Shown here: piece by piece, positions 42,258 to 53,860 of the stretch
Position numbering within the stretch: the stretch's first letter is position 1
Layout: every line of letters begins with the position of its first letter
Position numbers and translations under genes: made by a program
Assembly (NCBI GenBank): GCA_964291215.2
Contig: OZ219790.1
Location: forward strand, 1,312,001-1,376,000
Direction of reading: 5' to 3'
DNA length: 64,000 bases
Source of the DNA: Alphaproteobacteria bacterium
GTDB taxonomy: Bacteria > Pseudomonadota > Alphaproteobacteria > MPNO01 > UBA830
Notes under the pieces: generated by a model
Database searches by the model: none
What the model was told of the DNA's origin: nothing
What the model saw: only the letters and a program-made list of their open reading frames with translations

Positions 42258-42813
42258 CTACCGGCCTGCCGGGCGGGTCTCCGGGCCCGAGACGCCGGCG
42301 CCCTCGAAGGTGGCCATGTCCGCATGGCAACGGGCGGCGGCCCTGAGCAGCGCGAGCGCCAGCGCCGCGCCCGACCCTTCGCCGAGGCGCATGCCGAGAT
42401 CGAGCAGCGGCGCCTTGCCCCAGAGCGCCAGCAGCCGCCCGTGCGCCGGCTCGGCGGAGAGGTGGCCGGCCTGGCAGGGGTCGAGGCCGGAGGGGTCGAG
42501 CGCGTGGAGCACGGCCGTCGCCGCCGCCGCGCCGTAGTCGTCGAGCAGCACCGGCACGCGGCCCATGCGGGCGGCCACGAGCGCGCCGAACATGGCGGCG
42601 GTCTCGAAGCCGCCGAGGCGGCGCAGCACCTCCAGCGGCGGCCGGCCGCCATGCCGGGCGGTGCCGAGCCGCACCGTTTCGACCTTGGCTTCGAGCCGCG
42701 CACCGGAAACCCCCGTTCCGGGCCCGGTCCAGTCCTCCGCCCTGCCCCCGTGCAGCGCGTGCGCAATGGCGGCGGCCGAGGTCGTGTTGGCGATACCCAT
42801 CTCGCCGAATCCC
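42258..42813 (-). pseudogene. cobT: CobT (nicotinate-nucleotide:DMB phosphoribosyltransferase), 3' half only
   Basis: [41 protein letters not shown]; 5' half replaced by an IS66 fragment. Confidence 0.88.
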
Positions 42814-43294
42814 ACGCTACCCAGGCGTCATCGTCCACGACTGCTGGAACTCACCTACGCACACTGCAAGCATCAGCTGTGCGGCGCCCATCTGTTGCGC
42901 GAGCTTCAGGCCGTGACCGACAGCAACGGCTGGCCGTGGGCGCAGAGAATGCGCAGGCTTATCGCGCGCCGGCAGGTCATGCGGCGGCCGGACAGGCGCC
43001 TCTCCATGCGCCAGTACAGGCGAATCGCACGATGCTACAGGGAGATCCTGGAGCAGGGCCGAAAGGAAATGCCCGAGATCCCGAAAAGAGAAAAAGGCCG
43101 CCGGGGACCGGTCGCCAAGTCCGATGCCCACAACCTTCTCGAACGCCTCGCCGCCCAGAGACGGAACGTCCTGCGCTTCTCAAGGCGGGCCGACACACCG
43201 TTCTTCAACAATCGCGCTGAACGAGACTTCCGGATGGCCAAGGTCAAGCAGAAGGTCTCCGGCTGCTTCCGAACCATCGCCTGCGCAAACGCCT
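42809..43294 (+). repeat. Duplicate of an internal IS66-C segment (40906-41391), no TIR
   Basis: Appears identical by eye over ~485 bp. Confidence 0.9.
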
Positions 43295-43295
43295 A

Positions 43296-43702
43296 GTGTC
43301 TTGTCATTCGTCAAATGTCGAATAAAGGCGTTTGAGTTTCACGCGGGCATCGTCGGTGGTGAACTGCCAATCCACCTTGGCCTGGATGCGGTCGCCTGCC
43401 AGGCGGCGACTTCCCGGCGTAACACCTCGATGCAGTCGATGCGGCGGTTCAGGCGGATCATGACGTTGAGTTCCACCACGTTCAGCCAACTGCCGTGCTT
43501 GGGGGTGTAGACGAACTCGAAGCGGTCCCACAGGGCCTTGGCCTCGTCCGGCGGGTAGGCCTCGTAGAGGGCGCCGGGGAGTGTTGAGATTGTCCATCAC
43601 CAGGGTGATGGTGGTGGCATCTTGGTAGCGCCCGGCGATGTCGGCCAGGAACTGCGCCCAATCGATCTTGCGCTCGGTTACCTTGGTCATGCGCTTGCCG
43701 GC
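43296..43702 (-). mobile_element. IS630 3' fragment (third type), inverted relative to the adjacent copy
   Basis: Reverse complement of 44401-44802; end TAGTGTCTTGTCA. Confidence 0.85.
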
Positions 43703-43704
43703 TA

Positions 43705-44802
43705 GTGTTATGTCAGCAATGATATGTCGTACATTTGGTGCTAGACTGTCCGTCCATTCGGGATGGAGGTCGGAGTATGAAACGCTACGTGGTGACCCTG
43801 GACGAACGGGCAGAACTTTCGGAGATCAAGGGCTCGCACCTGTCGCAAAAGGTAATCAACGCCCTGCTTAACTGCGACGAGAGCGCGTTCAATGAATGCC
43901 AGATGACCGGGAAGGTCATTGCTGAGATTCTGCGCATCAGCATGCGCAAAGTAGACCGAGTAAAGAAGCGTTTCGAGGGGCTGGAGGCGGCATTGGGTGG
44001 CCGGCGCCGTCCTACCTATATGCGAAAAGCCGACGGCGTCTTCGAGGCGCGTGGCCCTGAGTTGTGGTGAACCGCCTGAGGGTTACGCGCAATGGTCGTT
44101 GCGGCTGCTGGCCGACCGCGTTGTCGAGCTTGGTTACACCGTGTCACACGAGACGGTGCGGCGTGTTCTAAAAAAAACTGCCTCAAGCCATGGCAGCGGG
44201 TGGGTGATTCCTCCTCAAGGGAACGCCGACTTCGCCGCAGCGAAGGTGCTCGATCGCCGCCCCGCCGCCTTCCCCGTGGTCTGCATGGACGAAACGCCCC
44301 GACCGGCGAGACACGGCAACCGATCGCCATGGCGCCGGGACGGGCGTAACGACTACGAGTATCGACGTTGCGGTACCTGCAACGTCTTCACGGAACCCCT
44401 GGCCGGCAAGCGCATGACCAAGGTAACCGAGCGCAAGATCGATTGGGCGCAGTTCCTGGCCGACATCGCCGGGCGCTACCAGGACGCCACCACCATCACC
44501 CTGGTGATGGACAACCTCAACACTCCCCGGCGCCTTCTATGAGGCCTACCCGCCGGACGAGGCCTTGTGGGACCGCTTCGAGTTCGTCTACACTCCCAAG
44601 CACGGCAGTTGGCTGAACGTGGTCGAACTCAACGTCATGATCCGCCTGAACCGCCGCATCGACTGCATCGAGGTGCTACGCCGGGAAGTTGCCGCCTGGC
44701 AGGCGACCGCATCCAGGCCAAGGTGGATTGGCAGTTCACCACCGACGATGCCCGCGTGAAACTCAAACGCCTTTATCCGACATTTGACGAATGACAAGAC
44801 AC
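43705..44802 (+). mobile_element. IS630-family element (third type), eroded
   Basis: Ends TAGTGTTATGTCA / TGACAAGACACTA; MKRYVVTL, WSLRLLA, VCMDE, MDNLNT, YTPKHGSWLN. Confidence 0.88.
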
Positions 44803-44994
44803 TAGTGCGGTATCCGACCGTAATGAAGCGCGGCGGCGGCAGCGCCCGTCCCGCGCCGCCGCGTTGCGGCCGGGGGTCCGTGCGCCGTGTTGTGAAATGT
44901 CCGATTTCGTCCGACGAGGGGGCGTTGTAGGCAGATCTGGAGGTCTATTCGGGAGCGGATTTCGTTGTCGATATGCCGGTTCCGACCTTGAGAC

Positions 44995-45110
44995 GGTGCC
45001 ACCAACTTCAAGAACGGCCACTCTGACACGGTTGTCCGCCGCCAACCGCGACAACAGAATGGTCCTGGGGGTGGCGCCAGCCCGGAACGAGCCGCGATGA
45101 TGGCCGCCGG
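44995..45110 (-). pseudogene. Possible N-terminal remnant of a GMC oxidoreductase
   Basis: SRLAADNRVRVAVLEVGG resembles the GMC FAD-binding region. Confidence 0.3.
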
Positions 45111-45277
45111 GGTGCCCGATCCGGCGCCGGATGCATGCTCCGGGCGCTTGTGCAGGCACCGGGATGGTGGCAGGGTTCTTAGGTGCCGCGGTGCCGCCGG
45201 TCCAGCCCGGTCCCGGAGCATCGGCTCCGGCGGCAGTGCCAGACCGCCGAACCACCACCGTCAGGAGGACCGAGACC

Positions 45278-46042
45278 ATGGCCGACGAACCCCACACCAG
45301 GATCGGCACGCCCACTTCGGATACCCAGCGCTTCCGCATGCGCGGAAAGGACGTGCTGAACGAGATCGTCGGCGAGAAGTCATTCTCGGAAACCTTCTAC
45401 TTCATCGTCACCGGGCGCGAACTCGCTCCCAAAAAGGTCCGAGTCTTCGACGCCTGCATGGTAATCCTGATGGATCACGGGCTGACGCCGACGGCGCTCG
45501 TCGCGCGAATGGTTCACGACTCGCTGTCCGACGACATACAGCTCCCGATGATCGCCGGCGCGATGATGGTCGGCAACAAGTTCGCCGGAACCATGGCCGG
45601 CGCCGGGGCGCTCTACAGGGAAGGCGCAGCTGCGGAGGAAGACGCGCGGCAATGGGCCGCGGGCGTCGTGCGGCGTTTCCGCGAACAGAAGAAGTTCATC
45701 CCGGGTTACGGCCACCCCTACTACTTCCCAACCGATCCGCGGGCCGACCGAATGTTCGAGATTGCAGCCGAGGCTGGCTGCGAAGGCCGCTATATCGAAC
45801 TGGCGCGGATCCTCGGAGAGGAGATTGCGAGCACCCGCGGCAAACCGCTGACGCTCAACGTCACCGGAGCCCTCGGCGCGGTGCTTAACGAGATCGACTT
45901 CCCGGTCGCGGTGATGCGCTCGGTTGCCGCCGTCGGGCGCGCGGCCGGCCTGATCGCGCATGTCCACGAGGAGATGGACAATCCGATCGTTCCGGCAGTG
46001 GTGGATTTCATCAACGGCATCGAATATCGCGACCCCGAATAG
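45278..46042 (+). CDS. Citryl-CoA lyase / citrate synthase-fold protein
   Basis: AGGAGG RBS; MDHGLTP, IPGYGHP, DPRA, LNVTGA, RAAGLIAH. Confidence 0.85.
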   Translation: MADEPHTRIGTPTSDTQRFRMRGKDVLNEIVGEKSFSETFYFIVTGRELAPKKVRVFDACMVILMDHGLTPTALVARMVHDSLSDDIQLPMIAGAMMVGNKFAGTMAGAGALYREGAAAEEDARQWAAGVVRRFREQKKFIPGYGHPYYFPTDPRADRMFEIAAEAGCEGRYIELARILGEEIASTRGKPLTLNVTGALGAVLNEIDFPVAVMRSVAAVGRAAGLIAHVHEEMDNPIVPAVVDFINGIEYRDPE

Positions 46043-46087
46043 CTCGGCATCAGCCATGCTGCCAACAGGTATCGCCTGCCGGCGGGG

Positions 46088-47398
46088 TCAGCGGCCAACC
46101 GAGCGTTCGAGGGCAGGATAGCGTGCCAGCAGCGTGATCCCCCGCGCTCCCATGAAGATCGTCAGGGCGGCCCACAGCCCGTGGTTTCCCCATACCGGGA
46201 TCAGGCCAGCACATGCGACGAGGTAAACGGCCAGCGAGACCACCATGGCGTTGCGCATCGTGCGACCGCGCGTGGCACCGAGGAACACGCCGTCGAGCAC
46301 GAACGGTATCACCGATGCCAGCGGCAGGATCTGCGACCAGACGAGATATTCCCGCGCCGAATCCCGGACCTCGACAATCCCGGTCAGGAGATCGATGATC
46401 AACGGTCCTCCGGCCACATACACCGCGGCGAATCCGACAGCCGCCATCAGCGCCCACAATGCCGATGTCCGTACGGCTTCGCGGAACTCCCGGCGGTCGC
46501 GGCCGCCGACGGCACCGCCGCCAAGGGCCTCGGCTGCATGGGCAAACCCGTCCAGCGCATGCGCCATGAAGGTCTGGAAATTCAGGAGGATCGCGTTGGC
46601 GGCGAGCACGACATCCCCGAACGCGGCACCGCGCACTGTAAAATAGGCAAAGGCGAACACCAGGCATATCGTGCGCACGAAGATGTCCACGCTCAGCACA
46701 AAGGTGCGCCGGAGCGCGGCGCGGTCGAGAATGCGTTCGCGGACGAAGGCGCCGCCCACCCGTCTCAGAATCGGGCGCGCAAGCCACAGCCCGAGGCCCA
46801 TGGCGCCGAATTCAGCAATGACCGTGGCTGCCGCCACACCCTCTACATCCCATCCGAGACCCAAAACGAAGACGAGGTCGAGGACAATGTTGGCACCGTT
46901 CAGGAAGAGCTGGTGCCAGAGCGCGGTCCGCGCCTGCCGGCAACCGATGAACCAGCCCAGCAGCGCGAAGTTCATCAACGTCGCCGGCGCGCCCCAGATC
47001 CGCACCGAGTAATATTCCCGGGCGAGATCCTCGACCGCCGGCGAGGCGTCGACGAGCGCAAGCGTGGCCAGCAACACCGGATACTGCAGCAGGATCAGGG
47101 CCAGCGACACCGGTGCCGCAATGATCGCGGCACGCGCCAGGCACGCGCGCACCTCGTCGCCGTCGCGGGCGCCGAAAGCCTGCGCCGTCAAACCGCCCGT
47201 CCCCATCCGGAGGAAGCCGAAACCCCAGTAGAGGAAAGTGAAGATCATTGCCCCAACCGCCACCGCGCCGAGGAATTTCGGTTCCGGGAGATGCCCCATC
47301 ACGGACGTGTCGACGGCTCCGAGGAGCGGTACCGAGACGTTGGAGACGATGATCGGGCCAGCGATGCGCCAGACCCGGCTATGGCTTTCACGAGTCAT
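46088..47398 (-). CDS. dinF: MATE-family efflux transporter (DinF-like)
   Basis: PIIVSNVSVPLLGAVDT..MGH, FGFLRMGT, LDGFAHAAE, DGVFLG. Confidence 0.88.
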   Translation of the reverse strand: MTRESHSRVWRIAGPIIVSNVSVPLLGAVDTSVMGHLPEPKFLGAVAVGAMIFTFLYWGFGFLRMGTGGLTAQAFGARDGDEVRACLARAAIIAAPVSLALILLQYPVLLATLALVDASPAVEDLAREYYSVRIWGAPATLMNFALLGWFIGCRQARTALWHQLFLNGANIVLDLVFVLGLGWDVEGVAAATVIAEFGAMGLGLWLARPILRRVGGAFVRERILDRAALRRTFVLSVDIFVRTICLVFAFAYFTVRGAAFGDVVLAANAILLNFQTFMAHALDGFAHAAEALGGGAVGGRDRREFREAVRTSALWALMAAVGFAAVYVAGGPLIIDLLTGIVEVRDSAREYLVWSQILPLASVIPFVLDGVFLGATRGRTMRNAMVVSLAVYLVACAGLIPVWGNHGLWAALTIFMGARGITLLARYPALERSVGR

Positions 47399-47472
47399 TG
47401 GGTCGGGACAGCTGCAGCATTTCGTGGTTTATTGCCCGGAAGCTAACACCTCCCTCACGACGAGTCGCCACC

Positions 47473-48114
47473 ATGTCCGGACAGATTGCAGAAGGCCTGA
47501 TGCTCGCAACCGACGGTCGTACGCGGTGCTTCTGGCCCGGCGCCGACCCGGCCTATACCGCCTATCACGACGACGAGTGGGGTATGCCGGTCGCCGACGA
47601 CCGACGCCTGTTCGAGAAGATCTGCCTTGAGGGTTTTCAGTCCGGCCTGTCCTGGCTGACCATCCTTCGCAAGCGGGAGAATTTCCGCCACGCGTTCGCG
47701 GACTTCGATTACGAGACGGTTGCCGGCTTTGGCGACGGCGAAATCTCCGCCCTTCTCAAGGACACCGGCATCATCCGCCATCGCGGCAAGATCGAGGCCA
47801 CGATAAACAATGCCCGCCGCGCCCGCGAGATGGCGGCGGAATACGGTTCTCTCGGCGCGTTCTTCTGGAGGTGGGAGCCAGACCCCGAAACGCGCCCCCC
47901 GGCCATCGACTATGCGACGCTCCGCACCCTCGGAAGGACAGCCGAATCGACAGCGCTGTCAAAGGAACTGAAGCGGCGGGGATGGTCTTTCGTGGGCCCC
48001 ACCACGATGTATGCCTTCATGCAGGCGATGGGCATGGTCAACGATCACATCGCGGGATGTTTCGCGCATGAGAGCGTCGAACGGGCACGGGCGGCGTTCG
48101 TTCGCCCGCTATAG
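47473..48114 (+). CDS. tag: DNA-3-methyladenine glycosylase I
   Basis: YHDDEWG, LEGFQSGLSWLTILRKRENF, GIIRHRGKI, FVGPTT..FMQAMG.VNDH. Confidence 0.95.
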   Translation: MSGQIAEGLMLATDGRTRCFWPGADPAYTAYHDDEWGMPVADDRRLFEKICLEGFQSGLSWLTILRKRENFRHAFADFDYETVAGFGDGEISALLKDTGIIRHRGKIEATINNARRAREMAAEYGSLGAFFWRWEPDPETRPPAIDYATLRTLGRTAESTALSKELKRRGWSFVGPTTMYAFMQAMGMVNDHIAGCFAHESVERARAAFVRPL

Positions 48115-48119
48115 GACTG

Positions 48120-48694
<575 letters not shown>

Positions 48695-48698
<4 letters not shown>

Positions 48699-49693
48699 AT
48701 CACGAACTCGCTCATGGCTTCGGGTGCATACAGCGCCTCCGGTGTCAGCCTGCGGTGGCAGACGCCCTGCTCGTGGCAGTACTGGAGGAATGCATCTATG
48801 GTAACGCGGTTGGCCTCGATTCCATAGGGCCAGAGCCCGTTTCCGCCGAACACCTTCGAACCGACGCGCCCGGCATGCTCGTAGCCCCAGGGCACCGGTA
48901 TCTGCGATGCCGTGACACTGGTCAGGCGTGCAACGCTGCGATCCCGAGCCTCCTCGAACGCGGTCATGAGATTGCGGGCGATCCAGCGGTTGCGTTCATA
49001 GACATCGCGGCGAATGGCTATCGTGTGCATGATCGGATAGATGCCGGTCTCCTCGAAATACGCCTCCTCGACCGGCCGGTAATCGGGAAACAGGCGCGCG
49101 ACGCCGGGATGGCCCTGCTCGAACACGGCCGGAGGATGCGCCGAGATCATGCAGTCTATGTCGCCGGCGAGGAGCATGTCCGAAAGCGACCTGTCCGGCA
49201 CCTGGACATAACGCACGCCTTCGGGCAGCCGGAGATCGGCCATTTCGACACGGCCCGGCGCGTTGACGCCAGCCTGGACCCATTCGACCTTGTCGAGCGC
49301 GACGCCGCCGTGATGATGGAGCCAGCCGCGGGCGTAGACGGTCGCCGTCTGCGACCATTCCGGAATCCCGATCCGCCCTCCCCTGAGATCCTCCGACGTC
49401 CCGATGTTGCCGTCGCTCCGGATATAGAACGCCGAATGGCGGAACACACGGCTGACGAACACCGGGATGCCGGTAATCGGCGGATCATCGCGAGAGAGGA
49501 TAGAGCAGTACTTGGCGAAGGACAGCTCCGAGACCTCCCATTCGAGAGACTTGGCAAAGCGATAGAATATCTCCTCGACCTCCATCTTGAGATGGGTGAT
49601 CCTGATCCCGTTCGGCTTGACCGCGCCCGAGGCAATGTCGCGCACATGGTCGTAGTCCCAGGTCGCCAAGGTCAACTCGATATCGTTTGCCAT
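48695..49693 (-). CDS. 4,5-dihydroxyphthalate decarboxylase-like (PBP2 fold) protein
   Basis: YDH, EEIF.RF..WEVSELS, PVF.SR.FRHS, RIGIPEWSQTA, YPIMH, WPYG..N. Confidence 0.82.
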
Positions 49694-49834
49694 TCCCGCG
49701 CTCTCCCGCTGCGTTGCGCGGACCCTGGGGACCAGCCCGCTTGCCGAGCCGGACCTGAGAAGAGCGCAGCAGCCGTGGCCGCCAACCCGTCAGGCACCGC
49801 GTCTGCGGCCTTATACCAGCGCCGGTGCCGGCGG

Positions 49835-50080
49835 TCATCCCGCGGAGGTCTGCAGTGGGGCGACAGCCTCCTGCCCTCCCCGTGCGATTGCCGTGCGAGG
49901 CTCGCCGCCACGACGGTCCGGCGAGCGGATTCTCAAGGCCTGCACCGGCGCCTCCCGCTCCCACAGGGACGAAGTTTTCCAGACCGGATCATCAGGCTTC
50001 CGGTCTATGAAGAACGTGAGCACTATGGCCGCCACGACTATTGCTGCGGCAGCGGCGCCGACGATGACAGGTCTATTCAC
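49835..50080 (-). pseudogene. Short membrane-anchored ORF, probably a truncated gene
   Basis: GTG start; NRPVIVGAAAAAIVVAAIVLTFF transmembrane helix, then early stop. Confidence 0.3.
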
Positions 50081-50677
50081 AGCGCACCTCGCCCGCACCT
50101 TCGGTGCCAACCAAATGAAAAACACCTCTCGTCTCTCCTCGAACATGGACCCTGGCTCAGCCAAAAAAGAGGGCTCATCGTATCCGTGTCGAACGACTGG
50201 TGTCGGCAGCCTGATCCGGTCGCGACGGAACATGACTTCGAGTAGGCGAGTTGTCTCGCGGGATCTTACACCGAGTTCGAGCCGCAGGTACCTCCAACGA
50301 CCTTCGAATGGGCGGCAAGCTACAGAACAGGTTCGGTGTGCAATACCGTTAGCTGCCCCTTTTGCCGGATTTCGCGTCCAAGAACGCAATGGCTGACGGC
50401 AGAAGGCCACACCTGCTGCCTATGAGCGTGGCGCAGTTTGATTGACAGTCGGACAACAGCTTGCGTGGCATCATATTTGCCGGCTTCCAGTCCGAAGTGC
50501 AACGCCCGGCCCTTCCCGGAGCGAGGGCGTAGCCCGAAACCGGTCGTCGAAGGAGTGCGGGCCGGCGTCGCCCCCAAGGCTTGACCATGGGCCGGCGGGT
50601 TGAGAAACAGGCAACCTTCGTCTAAGAAAGGTCCGCGAAGCGCAAAATCGCGCACTGCAATCAAGGGAAGTCCGGAG

Positions 50678-51598
50678 ATGGCGCCAGGATCCGACATCGA
50701 CCCCCAGGAAGCAAAGGAGAAGATACTCGGCTACTGCCTTCGCAAAGGCGCGCTCGCTGCCGGCGTGGCTGACATAGACGTGGTCGAGCGCATCGCTCCG
50801 GAGGGCCACCGGCCGAGCGACATGTGGCCGCGTGCGCGCTCGATCATCGCGCTCGGCGTCGGCGGCCAGACACAGGGCGCCTGGAGCATACCCGCCCGCG
50901 CGATGAGCTATTTCGGCTCGACCGAGACGCGCGCCTACACGATCGCCTATGGCTGCGCCTTCTTCATCGAGAACACCTATGGCCAGCGCGCAATCTACTG
51001 CCCTCCGGACATGGATCCGGAGGCCGGGCCGCGGACGCCGTTCCAGAGTCTGAAGCTGCACGCCGAAATCGCGGGCATCGGCGCGCGTTCGCTCGCCGGC
51101 GACATCCTCCTGCATCCGGAGTTCGGCTACATGTACTTCGCCTCGGTGTTCACCGAGCTCGAACTGCCGCCGGACCGGCCGATGGAGGACAATCCGTGCC
51201 CGACGCCGTCCTGCGTCGACCTGTTCCGCAGATCCGGCCAGACCCCGTGCATGAAGTTCTGCCCGGTCCAGTGCCTGTCCGGCGACATCGACGAGGACGG
51301 CAGGCAGCGCGAGATGCGCTACGACATGGCGGCCTGCGCGGAGATGACGCAGCAATTCGAGACTCTGCCCGACCTGTTCGAAGCCGCCATCGGCGGCAGC
51401 GACGAAGGCGAGCGCGAAGACCTCCTGTTCGGCCCTGACAACAAGATGCTGTGGTACAAGATGTCGGTCGGCTCCGGCGGGCTGCTGGCCCAGTGCTTCG
51501 AATGCATGCGGGTCTGCCCGATCGCGACCCAAGCGCCGATGGCCGATCCGATCCGCCGCCGCAACGCGCGGGCGGCGGACGGCCGGGACGGCCGATGA
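50678..51598 (+). CDS. QueG/reductive-dehalogenase-like 4Fe-4S protein
   Basis: RP..WP.ARSII, SLKLHAEIAGIG, LLHPEFG..FASVFT, C..PSC..CMKFCP and CFECMRVCP. Confidence 0.75.
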   Translation: MAPGSDIDPQEAKEKILGYCLRKGALAAGVADIDVVERIAPEGHRPSDMWPRARSIIALGVGGQTQGAWSIPARAMSYFGSTETRAYTIAYGCAFFIENTYGQRAIYCPPDMDPEAGPRTPFQSLKLHAEIAGIGARSLAGDILLHPEFGYMYFASVFTELELPPDRPMEDNPCPTPSCVDLFRRSGQTPCMKFCPVQCLSGDIDEDGRQREMRYDMAACAEMTQQFETLPDLFEAAIGGSDEGEREDLLFGPDNKMLWYKMSVGSGGLLAQCFECMRVCPIATQAPMADPIRRRNARAADGRDGR

Positions 51599-53583
51599 GC
51601 CGCGGACTTCGCCGCGACCAGATCGGCGTTACCGAAGCCCTCATCGGCACCTACGGCAACACCATCTTCGAGCTCAGCCACAACTACCAGATCCGGCGCG
51701 GCGACCCGGTCCGCGAACTCGACTGGGAAGAAATCGAGCGCCAGCGCGAGAACGCCGGCCTCTCCGACCCGGAGATCGCGCGCAAGCTTGGACTGACCCA
51801 CGAGCAGGTTACCTATATCCGCGTCATGACCGAACACCGCCGCTTCAACCGGCGGCGGTATCCGCGGCTCTACGATCTTGGTGGCGGCCGCCGCTTCCGC
51901 GCCGAGCGCTTCACCCCCCACGAGGACCGCTTCGCCTTCAGCGCCGAGGCGCTCGCGCTCCGCGGCGCGCTGGCGTTCGATCCCGCGCACGCCACCCGGT
52001 TCCTGCGCGATGGCCACTGGAACGCCGATACAGTCGGCTCCTGGCTGGCCGCTCGCGCAGAGGCGGCCCCGGATACAGCGGCCGCGCGCGAGGGGGGCGC
52101 CGGGATGACCTACGGTGAGGTCTTCGAGGCGGCGCTGCGCACTGCGAACGGGCTTCTCGAGCTCGGTATCCGAAAGGGCGACGTGGTCGGAGTCCAGCTT
52201 CCCAACACGCTGGATTTCATGACCTTCTATTTCGCGGCGACGATGATCGGCGCCATTGTCTCGACGATGCACATGCCGTACCGCGGCGGAGAGATGGAGC
52301 CGCTTTTGCGTCACGGCCATGTCCGCGCCGTGCTGTGCGGCCCCGCAACCGACTCCCATGATGCGCCGGCGACCATGCTGGCGCTCCGCGATTCCGTTGC
52401 AACGCTCGAGCATGTGATCGTCGCCAGCGACAGCGCACCGCCCGGCACGCTTGCCCTACCGCAGCTGCGCGGTGCAGTCACCGGTATTGCCAATCCCCCG
52501 GTCGCCGCCGACCCTGCAATCCTGTGCTTCACATCGGGCACGTCGGCAGCACCGAAGGCGGTCGTTCACAACTATCACACGATGCTCTCGAACAACCGGA
52601 ACGCGGCCGCCCTTTATGCGCTCGCACCCGACGACATCGTGCTCGGGTTGCCGCCGTTCACCCACGCCTTCGGCATTTGCGTCATGAACCTTACTCTGAT
52701 GGCGGGCGCCACCGGCCTGCTGATGCGGGCGTTCAGCCCCGAGGACCTGATGGAGTTGATCGAGACCGGCCGCCCGTCGGTGTTGTTCGCGGCACCCGCC
52801 CACATCGCCGCCAGCATGGCCGCTGGCCTCCTCGGGACGCGCGACCTTTCGTCGCTCCGGATTGCGACGATTTCGGGCTCGACCTGTCCTCCCGAGGTCG
52901 CCCATGCCCTCGAAGACGCCATGCCCAACGGTTCGGTCGGACAGATGTGGGGCATGAGCGAGTGCTTCATGGGCCTGCACACACCGTTCGACGGCCCGGC
53001 CGCACGGCGGTGCGAGAGCCTCGGCGGTCCGACGCCGACATTCGAGATACGGATCGCAGGCCCCGACGATTCCTCCGCCGAGGACGGCGGCGAGGGCGAG
53101 CTGCAGATCCGCGGCTGTTCAGTGATCGCAGGCTATTTCGACAACGAGCAGGCCAACCGCGACGCCTTCACCGCCGACGGCTGGTTCCGCACGGGAGACC
53201 TCGCGGCCCGCGACGGCAATGGCGATGTCCGCATCACGGGACGCGTCAAGGACATCATCAACCGCGGCGGCATCAAGATCAATCCGACGGATGTAGAGGC
53301 CGTGATCGACCGCCATCCGGCCGTGGTCGCTTCGGCCATCGTACCCGTTCCCGACAACGTGCTCGGCGAGAGGGCCGCCGTCCACGTCCAGCCTCTCAAG
53401 GGCGCCGCCCTCACTCTCGATGACATCTGCCGCTGGCTCGACGAGCACGGGATCGCCAAGATGAAATGGCCCGAAGCGCTGGAATTCGTCGACGAGATGC
53501 CGATGACGCCGACGCGCAAGATCATCAAGAGCGCCCTTGTCGCGGGGCGCCGGCGACCTCCTGGCAAAGACCGGAATCATTAG
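51595..53583 (+). CDS. Acyl-CoA ligase (cyclohexanecarboxylate-CoA ligase-like) with ~110-aa N-terminal HTH-like extension
   Basis: ATGA overlap with the upstream gene; FTSGTSAAPK, WGMSE, WFRTGD, GRVKDIINRGG.K, PMTPTRK; GLSDPEIARKLGLTHEQV. Confidence 0.85.
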   Translation: MSRGLRRDQIGVTEALIGTYGNTIFELSHNYQIRRGDPVRELDWEEIERQRENAGLSDPEIARKLGLTHEQVTYIRVMTEHRRFNRRRYPRLYDLGGGRRFRAERFTPHEDRFAFSAEALALRGALAFDPAHATRFLRDGHWNADTVGSWLAARAEAAPDTAAAREGGAGMTYGEVFEAALRTANGLLELGIRKGDVVGVQLPNTLDFMTFYFAATMIGAIVSTMHMPYRGGEMEPLLRHGHVRAVLCGPATDSHDAPATMLALRDSVATLEHVIVASDSAPPGTLALPQLRGAVTGIANPPVAADPAILCFTSGTSAAPKAVVHNYHTMLSNNRNAAALYALAPDDIVLGLPPFTHAFGICVMNLTLMAGATGLLMRAFSPEDLMELIETGRPSVLFAAPAHIAASMAAGLLGTRDLSSLRIATISGSTCPPEVAHALEDAMPNGSVGQMWGMSECFMGLHTPFDGPAARRCESLGGPTPTFEIRIAGPDDSSAEDGGEGELQIRGCSVIAGYFDNEQANRDAFTADGWFRTGDLAARDGNGDVRITGRVKDIINRGGIKINPTDVEAVIDRHPAVVASAIVPVPDNVLGERAAVHVQPLKGAALTLDDICRWLDEHGIAKMKWPEALEFVDEMPMTPTRKIIKSALVAGRRRPPGKDRNH

Positions 53584-53860
53584 CGATTGAGGCGCAGACC
53601 GCGGGCACCGGAAGAATACTGCACACCGTGCGACCTGTCCGGCCATAGCCGATCTCGACGAGGTGCCCACGGTCGACCGCCATCGGCAAGGCCCGGCGGA
53701 TCGCCGGGCTATACCATTGGCCAGGCGCTGGTTTCCCGGACCCCGAGCGCTACGCCCGGCCCCGCCTGGCGCTGCCGGTGGATGACAGACTCACGAGGCA
53801 CCGCTATGGTGCGGCCAGCGACAATCGTCCGCCCCCCCCAGCAACAGGGAGCAAGCGATC

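Noticed and set aside
50081-50677. Riboswitch or ncRNA in the long intergenic region
   Set aside because: No recognisable cobalamin or other riboswitch consensus by eye.
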